Origin: Octopus vulgaris
Lineage: Eukaryota
Assembly (NCBI GenBank): GCA_951406725.2
Contig: OX597818.1
Location: 69,192,001-69,256,000, forward strand
Direction of reading: 5' to 3'
Length of the DNA stretch: 64,000 nt
Positions 36,838 to 50,835 of the stretch are shown here, in pieces. The notes below the pieces were generated by a model. That model was not told the DNA's origin, did not search any database, and saw nothing but the letters and a program-made list of their open reading frames with translations. Within the stretch, counting starts at the first letter, position 1; each line of letters starts with the position of its first letter. Made by a program: the position numbers and the translations under genes.

Positions 36838-37126
36838 GAAGGTAGTGAAAGCTACTTCCTTACATGTTGAAAAATAGATGCACCAATGAACATCCACAAT
36901 AATAGCCTTGATACACGGCAAATTTAAATTCAATCAATTTTTTTAATTAATTTATTTAATTTGAATGTTTAACTCGAAACTATATTCCATTATTAACCTA
37001 CTTTAATATTAGAAAACTTTATTCATCTCGCCCTTTTCACAGCTATTTCGTATCGAGGCTATTATTGTGGATATTCACTGGAGCATCTCTTTTTCAACAT
37101 GTAAGGAAATAGCTTTTACTACCTTC
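36838..37126. repeat. 77-bp inverted repeat pair (36838-36914 / 37050-37126)
   Basis: gaaggtagtgaaagctacttccttacatgttgaaaaa.. versus its reverse complement, with a few mismatches. Confidence 0.8.
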
Positions 37127-37250
37127 CCTTCTCTTTCTCTTTCTATACACACACACACACACATATATATATTTGCGGCCTGGCATAAGCATGTTGAAAC
37201 TTGGTGAGAAAGTTAATCTTTCTTATCCTCTAACCGTTTTTGAAATATAT

Positions 37251-37480
37251 ATCATCATCATCATCACCATCATTGTTTAACGTCTGTTTTCCATGTTAGT
37301 ATGGGTTGGACGGTTCGACCAGGGTCTGGGAAGCCAGGAGGCTGCACCAGGCTCCAGTCTGATCTGGCTGTTTTTCTGCAACTGGATGCCCTTCCTAATG
37401 ACAACCACTCCGTGAGTGTTGTAGGTGCTTTTTTACGTGCCAGGGGAGGCTGGCAGCGGCCACAATCGGTTGCTGCTTTT
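37251..37480 (-). mobile_element. RTE-tail family copy
   Basis: Homologous to 2303-2480. Confidence 0.8.
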
Positions 37481-37511
37481 TAAGATATATATATATATAT
37501 ATATATACATA

Positions 37512-37838
37512 CAATCGAAATCGAAATCGGAATCGAAATTGAACCAATCCTACGACTGGCACCCGGCAGATGCCAGGACCACTGGACTTGTGGCATGTAA
37601 AATGCACCAATCCAACCGTGGCCATTGCCAGCCTCGCCTGGCACCTGTGCAGGTGGCACGTAAAAAGCACCCACTACACTCACGGAGTGGTTGGCGTTAG
37701 GAAGGGAATCCAGCTATAGAAACACTGCCAGATAAGACTGGGCCTGGTGCAGCCTTCTGGCTTCCCAGATCCCCAGTCGAACCGTCCAACCCATGCTAGC
37801 ATGGAGAACGGACGTTAAACGATGATGATGATGATGAT
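37512..37838 (+). mobile_element. RTE-tail family copy, inverted relative to 37251-37480
   Basis: Starts with (aaatcg)n as at 22920; ends acggacgttaaac(gat)n. Confidence 0.85.
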
Positions 37839-39469
37839 ACATATATAAAAAACTTGCAAAGAATTTTCAGATGCAAGTGTTACTAGTTGAAAGCCTTGCA
37901 TACTGGAAGCTAACAAGCTTATATGGTTATCAGGAGAGAAAGGACATCATTTTGAGGCCTTCCTCTTTATGGCATTATTGCACAACAGCCCTACTCACTG
38001 TGGTGAGGACCCACTTGCTAAATCAACTGGTTACCGGGTTTCGATCAATATATATATATATTAAGAACATTTAGGTAGTTAGAATTTTGGATAATTATGG
38101 AGTATTTTCATCGCATTTCAGCGATTGATCAGAAATGATTTCTTTACAGAAAATTTATGCTTTTTACATATATGTGAGTTAGCTGATATTTATGCATTTA
38201 TGTATGTATATTTTTTTTTATATATTACCTGTCATAATCTGTACTTGATTCTAGTTCACCTTGTGTTCGGTAACCCTTCCTTTACCTTCCATAATATCTT
38301 ATTTGAAGAAACTCTTAACTCAGACCACATAACATGTAGTAAACTTAAAATCCAGCATTCTAAAGTTAAACCGGACACACTTATTCCGCTGCATCTATTT
38401 GACAACATGGATCTGCTCAAAGCAAACAGATTGAGAAACAAATGCATGAGCTGTCATTTATGGTCTGGTCTTTTACACAAACTCTGGAAATTAAATTCAT
38501 AGTTGCTTTGCAGACATAGTTACCAATATATCATGGAATCACACCCCAATGCAATAGTTGAAAAGAAATAATTATTCAGCGTTTTTTGAGGTAGACATTG
38601 CATCCCAGGAGGCACAAGCTGATTTTGGAAATATAATTCTAATAAAAAATACTGCTGAGTCACGTGGTCTGCCCACATGACTTCGCTATATCTGGCGTTC
38701 TGCTATTGGAAAAAAATTGGCAAGCAAACTAGTACACTACTGATAGACCTCATGAAGTGAAATCCTCCGACAACGGCTTCCTCCTTTGTGGCTCACTGCC
38801 AGGTATTACTGTAGAACACAAAACTATGCTCTTCACTTTAACTGAAACTATCCATACTACACACCATGGAGATTGCATTAGACTGCTGACCATCACTGCT
38901 GCTACTGATATCTGGCTGCAACTGCCATCAATGATTTGCATGCTCAACACATTGATAAGCACCACTTGACTGCAAGGAGAGCTGTTTGCAATTGCAAGTG
39001 CAGTGTAATAAATGTTCTTTGTAAGTGGATGACTTTGTGAATTCAGTTGACCCTAAAAAATTTCACAGCATGCAAGAAAGACATGGAGTAATTTCAAAAT
39101 AATTTTAAAAGAAAATAGTGCACTATCCATGCTGCAAAACAAAATTGCACAAACAAAATGTGTTTTGCACAAGACACATCTATACATGCAGCTCCAGGAT
39201 ACTCAGCTGAAATTGAGCAACAGCTGGGTACTGGTGCAGCCTTCTCTACCCCCTCTCATCCCCAGGTATCACATCTCTGGTGTTCTGGTAAGACAAACAT
39301 GAGAGTGTCAAGTGAGTGCCTACAGCTGTACAGCTGTATGAAACAATTAGTAAAATTATGCAACAAGCTACCAGGTCATGTTAATTAAACAAGCACAGGC
39401 TAAGTTAATTATTATTTAGTGATCCTAACTAAAGATGACCTTAATGGTATCAGTGAAGATATCCCTAAT

Positions 39470-40320
39470 TTGTCATCCGTGAAATAAAGTTTCGTGCATC
39501 ACATGTGATAGTAGAAATGAATGAAATCAACAAGTCCTATTCAGAAATATGCCTAAGGGCCATTCTTAAGCCCTGAAGGAATGTCATGAAACAGCAAAAG
39601 GAAAAGTTCAGAGAATGACTTCAGTTCCATAAAGATTATTGAAGGAGCAAACGAGCAGATAAAATGTCAATTCAACAGAGATGCTGCCAGTCAGTTGGTG
39701 AAGCACAACAATTTACTGCTAAACAAGAAAGACTTTGACCTCATCAGTTTTGAAAAGAAGGATTAAATAGGAAAACAACTGCTCACAGAGTCTAACAATA
39801 ATGGAAATGTTAGAGCAATTGTTCGCGAAAATCTCTGCTCCAATACATCAACAATAAAGTTAGTATGGCTCATGGCACAAGTTGATTGAATCTTAGAACT
39901 TACTGGCTCAAAGATCTAAGTATTATCCTCCTTCTGTTCATTAAAATACCAAACAAAATATCACAGGAATTGAGGCACCTCAGAAGACAATTATAAAAAT
40001 GTAAATACCATATCAAGCCTTCGTTACGCGGATCGTCACAATACATTCCACTTCAGTATTCTCTAACACTACTCTGAATGATGTATATTATGCACAATGT
40101 GTATAACATACAATCAGGGTTGTATATAAAAAAACAGATGGAATTGCCTAATGATGCTTGCATCAAATTTTAAAATCAAAACGAGGGACACAATACCACA
40201 CAAATTTGGGAGTTCTGGCTTACAAGCAATTTGTAGCCTAATTTCTTTTACTTATGAGAAGTGAACATTAAAAATTTCCCCTGACCCACTTCCGGTTATT
40301 GCAGAAAACGGAACTTGTAG
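39470..40320 (+). mobile_element. Possible very old hAT transposase remnant
   Basis: Scattered weak motifs in the expected order: KVSCITCD, TSR*NVNSTEML (cf. TRWNST..ML), EFW...PTS. Many stops. Confidence 0.25.
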
Positions 40321-40869
40321 AGGTATAATCCTAAATATCTCTACATGTCCCATATTGTAAATTGTAGCTTTCCACTGGTATTCATTTGTTATTTGCAACT
40401 ACTGAAGTGGACCATGGCGTTATAATGGAGGCACTTATAAGTGGCATCAGTATTGGTGCTTTTGATGAGGCACCAGAGTATAAAAAATAATTTGTTACAA
40501 AAATATATTCAAAATGGAATTATTAAAACTTTACTCTTCACTTTAGATAAAACAGAAGCATTACACGCGGGATGGAAGAGTTGCTGAAGAGGTCACAGGT
40601 GTGTGATGAAAGATTTTCAGACAATGGATGTAAGATAAAATAAGACTAATAGTAAATGAGTGAAGAACTAATATATAGTGCATGGGTTTATTTGAAAAGA
40701 AAAACGTGGCCATCTCAAAATGTAACAATATTTCCAGAAGTTTCAGCTCTAATGCATACCTCACATAAACATAACGACCACATACTCAATGCTAATACTG
40801 GAATAAATAGATGTGCTTCAAGAGGACACGGCTTGGATTTTAATCCCATCTCCATAATATATATATATC

Positions 40870-41404
40870 ATCAGTAAACCATAAATCCAAAAGAGGAATA
40901 CACTCTAAGTTATAGAGTGGTAGAGTATTTAGATAAAGATAGTAAGGGCCGGTTTATAGCGTTACCCTGGGTTTTCACGTCCATAAAGCGCTTAGCTTTG
41001 CAAAGTCTTGCTAGACCCTAATGGCCGATGGTCTATAGCCTCTCTTCCTCGTGGCTAGTTATTGAACACACAGACAAAGGAGAAAGGTCAAATGCAACTG
41101 ATTGTCTCTTTTAGACCACTATCAGGCATCCAACCAGTCAGCTTTCGGGTCCCAAGATTTCAGTAGGCATTGCCTGAAGTGTAAGCAAAGCCCAAAAGCT
41201 TCTGTCCTAGAATTTAAGATGTTCCCCAGATCGAAAGAATTCTTTAATATACCCGCCTGTTCATCTATGTGCAGCTTGCTGCGTTTGCTTCCATCAATTT
41301 AGGGACCAGGATTTCCTAGGATTTTCTATGCGATTACATGTAGAGTCCCTTCGTCCTTCAGGTGCCACATATCGCTGGCCAAGGAAGTGGCATAACATCT
41401 TTAG
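40870..41404 (-). mobile_element. PLE C-terminal fragment plus 3' region
   Basis: Minus: ATSLASDMWHLKDEGTLHVIA*KILG..SKLHIDEQAGIL..ILNSRTEAFGLCLH..LL, matching T.L...W.LK..W.IL..LN.R.E...C.H. Confidence 0.75.
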
Positions 41405-43048
41405 GAAAAATAAAAGTTTAAAATGCACAGAATAGTTAAAATATTTTTTATTAATTTATTTAAAGCTTTAACCGGTTTCACAGTTTATACCGATTTTCAA
41501 AAAGTTCAAATAGAAAGACATGGGTTTATGTCGCAGCTGCCTTGCTTCTGACTAGTGTTGAAGCTTACCCTATTTTTATAGGGAGTTCATGCTCAAATTA
41601 GTAAATGTTTTGAATAGGATTTTGTTGGTAGAAGATAGTCACATGATTGATCTTAGATAGTTTTGTAGCTATCCCGTTACGTCTGTGTGTTAGTATCAAG
41701 TGATAATGTTTGGCGTCGTAAGTTAATACTGACACGATTGGCTGAACATGTCCAATCAATAATATCCCTTTTAATCTAGCAAGAAGAATTTTCACAATTG
41801 TCTAAAATCCCGAAATTCGCAATAAAAGACTCCAAGAACTAAAACAGGTACTACTTAAAAGACAATATCCATTAATGCTAATAGACAACGGAATAGAATG
41901 TGTCAAAGCAATAAATATTGAAGAACTATGAAAAACGAAAAACGCTCCAGATATATCCAAAAATCTACCCTTTATCACAACACCCAAGAAACACAGAGGT
42001 TTACAATATTATCCACTAGAACATGCCACTACTAAAACAAGACCCAAGAATGAAAGAATCATTCGAAGTACATAAAGTAATCAAACATAAAATACAATCA
42101 AAGTCCCTCAAAAAATTCCTCACAAGTGCTAAATTAACTTCCATAATTACTACACCAACAGTCAAAAAGTGTGGCTGCCCCGACTGCGGGACCCCCATCA
42201 ACGTTATTCAAGACACAACATACAAATTCAAATCAGGACAGATTTTTAGCGTAAAAATCACTTTACATGTTCTTCAAGGAATTTAATATATACTATCAAA
42301 TGTCAAGGATGTAATGAAGATTACATAGGTCAAACAAAGCTTACTCTAAGAAATAGACTGACCATTCACCGACAACAAATATGAGACCCCAGTACTAGAC
42401 ACATTCCACTGAGTGGACACATAGACATATGTGCAAAAATAAGTCCCCCAAATTCCAAGTTTTCCCATTTTACCTATGTTCAGAGAATGTCACAAATGAA
42501 GTACGGATAAACAAAGAAAATGTTTTCATACAAAATTTCAACCCAAGACTTAAACTTTAACAGAGCACATATACACAAAAAAATTATTCACACACAAAAC
42601 TCATTCTGCCACTTATCATAAGGAACCTACACAGCTAACAAACTAAAATTTAGCCACTGGACTACATAAAAACGACTCCAGTCCACTCTCCCACCAGACA
42701 GATTAAATTTGGTCTGTCTTGATTATAACTAAACATGTTCCCGTAACTGTGTCAGCCTTCTTTTTAGGCGCAAAATATGCTGTCACGTGATACTAACGCA
42801 TAGTCGTAGCGGGAAACGAACAAAAGGTTATAAACTTAGTCATGTGTTCATTTTCTACAAACACATGACAGAAAACATTCAGAGCATTGATTTTGGGGAT
42901 ATTTTCAGTCAACCGTGTCAACCTTAGCTTACGACGCCAAACATTGTCACTTGATACTAACACACGGACGTAGCGGGAACCTACAAAAATTTCTAAGACC
43001 AGTCATATTACTATCCTCTACCAATCAAATCCTATTCAAAACATTTAC
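41405..43048 (+). mobile_element. Penelope-like element with inverted 5' pseudo-LTR
   Basis: ORF remnant 41758-42560: NIPFNLARRIFTIV..L.ELKQVLLKRQYP..KKCGCPDCG..NLIYTIKCQGCNEDYIGQTKLTLRNRLTIHRQQI..HID.C..KENVFI..P.L; 41599-41725 is the reverse complement of 42925-43050. Confidence 0.88.
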
Positions 43049-43421
43049 TATCAGGTTGAATAAAAAGTAAGCAACGTTTTAAAACATGAAGTTCAACACA
43101 ATATCTTTCAACAATGCGGAAATTTTATTCATCAAAGTAAGTACCATTACAATCAACAGATTTTTGTCAATGAGTTACAAGTTTGTTTGTTCGGGTAACA
43201 TAAAAATATGGAGTTCTGAAGCTGATGAACTGAACGCATTTTCAACATCGTATTAATTATTGAACTCCTTCTCCCACAGGAAACCATCAAGGTAATTGAA
43301 AACGTGGTAGTTGGTAGAAGAAAGGTCTGGGGAATAAGCTGAGTGGGGAAGTACTTCGTAACCAAGTTCCCTCAACTTCTGGGACGTCATTAGTGAAACG
43401 TGTGGTCGAGCATTGTCATTT
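43049..43421 (-). mobile_element. mariner transposon 3' fragment with one TIR
   Basis: NDNARPHVSLMTSQKLRELGYEVLPHSAYSPDLSSTNYHVF; terminus tatcaggttgaataaaaagtaa resembles mariner TIRs and begins at TA. Confidence 0.9.
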
Positions 43422-43460
43422 GATTTTCATTCAAATAGTGTGGTACAGATATACATATAC

Positions 43461-43500
<40 letters not shown>

Positions 43501-43710
43501 ATGTGAATGTGAAGAATAGTTAAGGGATGGAGTAGACAAAATCCAGACTACAGATATTTCATAGCAAGCGGATTCTCAATACGAAAAACATCCCAACTCA
43601 ATAAACCAATATTGCCCCTGAAATTTGTTTTTATTTTTATTAAAGATTGCTTGAAGTTAATTTTCTTCCTACACCACCATCCCTGGATTTTACACGTATG
43701 TATATATATG

Positions 43711-43786
<76 letters not shown>

Positions 43787-43788
<2 letters not shown>

Positions 43789-43976
43789 TAAATAAATAAA
43801 CTCCATTTATTTATTTACTTATACTACACAAATTACTGCACATTAACCCGGAGTTTCTACCTTTGAATAGGTCGCTACATCCTTGTTACTTGCGTGAATT
43901 TTGCTACCATAGTAATTGTTTATTGAATTTTCCATGTTAACGGTAAACGAAGGATAATTCAGTCATTCATTTATAT
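43787..43976 (+). mobile_element. PLE distal tail copy between (TA)n tracts
   Basis: Reverse complement of 4200-4372; begins with a small inverted junction aagtaaataaataaa/tttatttatttactt. Confidence 0.75.
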
Positions 43977-44029
43977 ATATATATATATATACGTGTGTGT
44001 GTGTGTTTCTGTGTAGGGGTTTGTGTGAG

Positions 44030-44405
44030 TGTGCCTTTGTGTCTGTATTTGGCCCCTGTCACTGCTCAACAGCTGCTGTTGATGTACTCACATCGCCATG
44101 ACTTAGAGGCTGAGCAAAAAAGGGTGATAAAACAAGTGTCAGGTTTAAAGAATTTTTAAAAAGTGTAATGGCAGCTCTTCATTGAACTGAAATACTTCAA
44201 GACATCGCCACAGTCTGATGACTGGAACAAGTCAAAGCTTTATAGAATGAGGTTTTAGTGTTTTTCAACCAAATTCACTTTCAAGGCTTTGGTTCTCCTG
44301 AGACTACGGTACAAATCACTAGAAAAAGGTGTCACGAAGTAGAATTGATCCTGAAACAATATATTTATGAAGTAAACCTCTTCCCACGTAGCCATGCCTG
44401 CACCT
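44030..44405. mobile_element. Two degenerate halves of the bipartite SINE (3' half +, 5' half -)
   Basis: Diverged matches to 13550-13745 and 13208-13350. Confidence 0.55.
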
Positions 44406-44881
44406 ATACACACACACACACACACACATGCACATACGCACACACACATATGGATGGCCAGATGGATGATGGGAGGGATAAATAATATACTGTTGCCACA
44501 AACTATATATATTAATGGTAATCAATATATGTTTATGATATAAGGAATTTAAAATCCACATTTTGTGATACTTTCATCCAGAAAATTCCAAAGAGAATTC
44601 TAATTGTGTTAAGCTTCATAAAAAATAGAAATTATTTGTGTTTGTGGTATTTCAGTCATTTCCGTACATCTTAGGCTTCTGTGCAAGCACATTTATAATG
44701 CTCTCTGCACTTCCGCTGATGAAGGTACCACATGGACCTACACTTCAATGTACGCCTGATTAACAGGTAAAAAGTTATATCTAGACGAAGAACATACCAT
44801 ATCACACACACATCTACATGTATGTATGCAATGTATAATATATATGTGTGTGTATGTATGTATGTATATACATACATATAT

Positions 44882-45002
<121 letters not shown>

Positions 45003-46168
45003 TGTATATATGAATGTGAACTCGTTTGATTTTCAAGTGATTTTTTTATGATAGCTGTATTTATGTATCATTGCGTATGTATGTGTATGTGAACATTGGT
45101 TTGCGTATGAGTGTGTACGTGTGTACGTGTTTGTTTCTTTGTTTGTGTGTGTATGTGTGTGTTAATTTAGTGAATTCTTTTTATGTTTCACTTTTTATTT
45201 CTTTATTTTGCAGACAGAAATCAAAATCAATATTTCCCAGCATCTTTTTTGTTTTTTATATTTCCTTCATTTCTTTTTCTTGTTATTATTGTTGTTATTA
45301 CTATTGTTATCATTATTATTATTATTATTATTATCATCATTATTATTATCACTATTACTGTTGTTGTTTTTTTTCGGCTATTTTTTATTATTAATATTAA
45401 CATTTTTAAACATTATTTTTATTGTTATTTTTGTTGATGTTGTTGTTTACTGCATTATTTTGTTTTTGAATTTTATGTTTTGTGTAAGTGAGACAAACAT
45501 TTTTTTTTCTTTATTTTCTATTTAATTTAAAATTTATTTTTCTCACTTATTGTTTGAGAGCAAAATGTGCGTTTTCTATGTGTAAACATGAATTTTGCCA
45601 AGTGTTAAGGTGTATATTTGTGCGAATATGTGTTTGTATAAGTCTGGGAATTTCTGATTGTATGCTCTGTGTGTGTGGACTTGTATTAGTTACAAGGTTA
45701 CATGAAACTCACAGAATGAGAGATGGCGGGAAAGAGAAAGACGGAAAGAAAACAGAAAGACAAAGAAATAGAGAGAAGGTTTGTTTGTGTGTTTGTGGGT
45801 TTGATAGAATGTAAGAGATGCAAACAATAATTGTTTTAATATAAAAACAGGACAATGTTGAACAATTTCTAAATTTATAAATTTTAACAATGACTAAATT
45901 GTCACATTCCAAGCAAAAGAATCAGAATAAGAAGCCAAAAGAATCGGCAAACCAAAACCAAAATAAAAGAGCACAATAATAAACCAAAGACTAAGGAAAC
46001 TAGGAAACAACATCGACTAATAAGTGGGTGAAAGTTGTATATAAACACTGAACCAGTCGGCTGTGTTTGATAGTTTCTTGGCTGACGATAATTTACACTT
46101 TTTTGTTCCCTCCCAAATGAAGACTCTTTGTTTACCTACAGCTCATATGTGACAGGACCTTTATACAT

Positions 46169-46409
46169 TCATACATACATACATACATACATACATACAT
46201 ACATACATGCATGCATGCATGCATACATACATACATACATACACACACACACATACATACATACATACACACACACATACATACATACATACATACATAC
46301 ATACATGCATGCATGCATACATACATACATACATACATACATACATACATACACACACATACATACATACATACATACATACATAAACACACATACATAC
46401 ATACATACA

Positions 46410-46502
<93 letters not shown>
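46169..46502. repeat. (TACA)n/(TA)n microsatellite
   Basis: Direct reading. Confidence 0.95.
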
Positions 46503-46505
<3 letters not shown>

Positions 46506-47739
46506 AGTATGTATTATGCATGTGTGTATGTATACATATATAAATGTATGTATAAATATGTATGTATGAATAAAAAAATTTTTTTCACAATGAGATAAAA
46601 AACGAAGGCTACGAAGGGAAATGCCAGGGAATTATTTAATCTCTGCTGAAGTTTTACCTGAGACAAGAGCTTATAATCGCGAGAAATGGAGGTTATGAGA
46701 GGTAATGGTGTCAATAAGACCGAAAGGTGTCAGGTAATGCTGAGTAAGTGCTATGGACAGATCATAGTTAAGCACCAGATTCAGTGATTATATATTTCAT
46801 TAAAATCTGCTGAAATATATATATATATGTCTTTTTATATATGTATATGTATTTATATATATATATATATATTTCAGAAGATTTTAATGAAATTTTTTAT
46901 AAAATTTTCTTGCTATAGACATATTTAAAAAAAAATTATTATGTTGTATTATTATATTGTCTGGGGAAAATAAAAACTAATTACAGACTTTATGTATGCA
47001 CTTTTGTCTATTTTCAGTTCCTCAAATTTATTTGCAAGTAGTTTTTAGAAGTGTTCTTCACGATTTCGGATTTGGTTTGGGATTTTGAATTCTCATTATG
47101 TATTCTTCTTTATTCTTCTATAACTGATTCTTTTTTTTTTTGTTCACTTTATAAAATATTTCAAACAGATACGTAGTTAGGATCATTGATGTCTTGCTTA
47201 TGAACCCTGACCCACTCTATTAATTTCTAACCTGTTTTGCTTATCTAATTTTCATTGCATTGTGAATGTATGAAGCAGTAAATAATAAGTTTCATTTGGC
47301 AGTTTATTTTTGGATTCACCTTCAATTTCTTTCCCATTTTCCAATTTTGTTTTATTATCTTCATTTAATTGAAACATCCAACAGTGAGGGACTTCATGGT
47401 TTGTTACCTACATTAATTCATCTCTTATGTTAATTTCATATTTTGAAGCATCTTTTAACATTTGGTGGCTGCTCTACAGCTGTTATTAACAGGTGACTCT
47501 TCAAATATTTAAAATTTGATATTAAGAGCAGAATTTATTGTTTCACCGAAAGTAAAATGTTGAGGTTTTTGGGGTTATGGGTGACTAGGAATGGAATATT
47601 TCTGTTTGTGTGTTCCCATTCAGGGATTGAGATTCCTTAAGTTTTACGAGTATTTCTCTCTCTATCCCCCCTCTTTCTCTCTCGCTCTCTCTATCTCTCC
47701 CTCACTCTTTCCCGTTATATGTACACCCTCATCCTATAA

Positions 47740-47925
47740 TCATCATCAACAACATTTAACGATCGTTTTCCATGTTGGTATGGGCTGGATGGCTTGAAAG
47801 GAACTAACAAGGCCAGGGTCAACACCCGGTTCCATCATCTGTTTTGGCTTAGTTTCTGCAGCTGGATACCCTTTTTAGCCCAAACTACTTTACAGAGTGT
47901 ACTGGGTACTTTTTAGATGGCACCT
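47740..47925 (-). mobile_element. RTE-tail family copy, degenerate
   Basis: catttaac..gttttccatgttggtatgggctgga..gtttctgcagctggatac. Confidence 0.6.
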
Positions 47926-48050
47926 TGATTTTAGGATTTCAATCCTCTTGTGGTGCCTGTATCTTCTCAAGTACAGTAATCTGTCATATATCTTGGTGGG
48001 AGAGAGAGAAAGAGAGACAGACAGAAAAATTCACACACACATTCATACAT

Positions 48051-48400
<350 letters not shown>

Positions 48401-49399
48401 ATTGGTGGACAAATAGATAGATGGATAAGTTGAAACATATATATAAATATATACATATGCATTACCACAAGTACATACACACATATATTCATGCATGCAT
48501 GCACAGACGTACATATGCACGCAAACACACGCGCACACACATACTGGGTTATTGTAAATTCTTTGTGCATTTTAAAACTTGTTTATTTCATGGCATACAA
48601 AGTAGAGTTAATCCATAAGAAGAAAAAGTGAAACAATTTAGAACTATTTCAATATTTAAATAGATTAATTCTTGAGACATTAATTTTCAGTTTTTCCGAT
48701 GCCACAACGGCTACAAAGCACAAAAAGATTCTGGAATTCCAGGAATATGTTTTGCAGTTGATTATTTGCACTGAATAACATTACTTTTTCCGGCCCTGGA
48801 AAACATTGTTGGTATGATGTTTAGTTGAATGAACAATAAGCTTTACATGTTCTGCTACAACATTTGAAATAATTCTATTGATTTTAAAATTAATAAACGA
48901 GTACTATTAAGTTTTTGACTGATGTCGATACAATAGGAATATATTAGATAACGATGAAATATTCCAAAGATATTAGACTTCTTAGCATTCTTTGTGAAAA
49001 AGATGGAACGAACCTGTATGAGACAATCAGTGGTGTACTCCATCAAGATGTTCATTATACAAAGGAAAACCTAAAGGTGCAATTGCCGGCAAACTGGGGT
49101 TCGGGTCTGGCCGGTATGGTGTCTGCAGGGAAGGAGGGCATGGTGCTGATGCCCAAATCTTAAACCTCTGTGTGGATATATATGCATATGAGCATTTATA
49201 TGTGTGTGGTTGAGTGTGGTCAACACTGTGTTGGACTCGCAGTTTATGGTGATGAGTAAATCTAAGGTTTATGAATATAGGTAATCAATCACATACTTCC
49301 TTTCATGTGGGCGTAAGCAGAAAAGCTCGTTCTGGCAGAGTTAGGTTGGTGTCCAGATGAGGTGAGTTCTTTATGATAGTTCTTTTCTCAGCTAGATGT

Positions 49400-49950
49400 G
49401 TCCTGCACTTCCAGCTACAGTTGAAGTAAGGCTTGCAATTCACGAGCAGTCTGCGTTTGATCTTATAATCCAAGGTGCTTTTCTTCCAAGCCAAGACATA
49501 TTATAAGAGCTTCTTTAAGCTATACACCAAGTATGAAGAAACTATTAGTAGGTAGACCCATACCTGAGACAGAGGCACTTCCACATGTCCTCTTAATGAT
49601 ACAGAGACCGTTTTATATGAGAATGGGGTGATGACGATGATCTCCAAGGGACATAAAAATGCGGGGAAGTAAGTGTATGCAAGAGGAGGTCCTTTCAGAA
49701 TCAGATTGAAGGACCACAAGTCCTCCTTCCATATTCAGAAGAGACAAATCCCCAGATACCTTTATCAACTTGCACACAAAGTATCAAGGGAAAGACTATT
49801 ATCTTTGCTGCTTACACCGTTGCTTCTGTACTTACCTAATAATGTCTTACCTATTACCAACCACCATAAACCAGGTACTGAGCGCAGTTGACGCAGCACC
49901 AATATTAAAGAAATTGTCTAACAAGGCCAAAGACTCCCATCTACTTTACT
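49400..49950 (+). mobile_element. Degenerate PLE GIY-YIG region
   Basis: LSYTPSMKKLL..TCPLN..TVLYE..GPFRIRLKDHKSSF resembles SYSC..N+..CPL..VVY..FK.R...H..SF. Confidence 0.5.
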
Positions 49951-50080
49951 CCAGACACATACCTTTTATATATGTTCATTATTTGCCGTTTGAAAACGGG
50001 GATTTATTTCATCCATAAATACAATTTTTTGTCTTCTTTCCAATAAGCAATCATCACGTGGTTAATAATTGGTTGTCTAG

Positions 50081-50835
50081 AGGCGGCGAGCTGGCAGAAT
50101 CGTTAGCACGCCGGGCGAAATGCGTAGCTGTATTTCGTCTGCCGTTACGTTCTGAGTTCAAATTCCGCCGAGGTCGACTTTGCCTTTCATCCTTTCGGGG
50201 TCAATAAATTAAGTACCAGTTACGCACTGGGGTCGATGTAATCGACTTAATCCGTTTGTCTGTCCTTGTTTGTCCCCTTGTGGGTAGTAAAGAAATAGGT
50301 ATTTCGTCTGCCGTTATGTTCTGAGTTCAAATTCTGCCGAGGTCGACTTTGCCTTACATCCTTTCGGGGTAGATAAATTAAGTACCAGTTACGCACTGGG
50401 GTCGATGTAATCAACTTAATCCCTTTGCTTGTGTTTGTTTGTCTCCTGTATGTTTAGCCTCTTGTGGGTAGTAAAGAAATAGGTATTTCGCCTGTTGCTA
50501 CGTTCTGAATTCAAATTCCACCGAGGTAGACTTTACCATTCATCCTTTCGGGATCGATAAGTTAAGTACCAGTTGAGTAGTGAGGGTCGATGTAATCGAC
50601 TATGCCCCTCCCCCAAATTTCAGGCCTTGTGCCTATAAAAGAAAAGAATCCACATTGGAAAAAATGCGAAGCAGAATTCTTTCTGTCTTTACAATTTTTG
50701 AGTTCAGATGCCATCAAGGACAACTTTACCTTTCATCATTTTGGAATCGATAAAATAAGTAACAGTTGAACGCTGGAGTTGATTTAATCGACTTACCCCC
50801 TTCCACAAACTTGCTGGCCAGGTGCGAAAATCTTT
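50081..50835 (+). mobile_element. SINE tandem tetramer
   Basis: One complete head (aggcggcgagctggcagaatcgttag; B box gagttcaaattc) followed by three head-truncated units at about 50298, 50482 and 50675. Confidence 0.9.

Noticed and set aside
44716-44745. CTGATGA followed by an AGGT/ACCT stem as a hammerhead
   Set aside because: No GAAA or NUH after stem II. The same applies to 24530-24556 (-) and 62571-62605 (+).
44656-44766. Possible plus-strand exon (tttcag|...cag|gtaaaa)
   Set aside because: All three frames contain a stop before the donor; no recognisable protein or partner exons.
46794-46893. Small inverted repeat around a TA tract as a MITE
   Set aside because: Arms are short, it is single-copy in the window and there is no clear TSD; a local fold-back duplication is just as likely.
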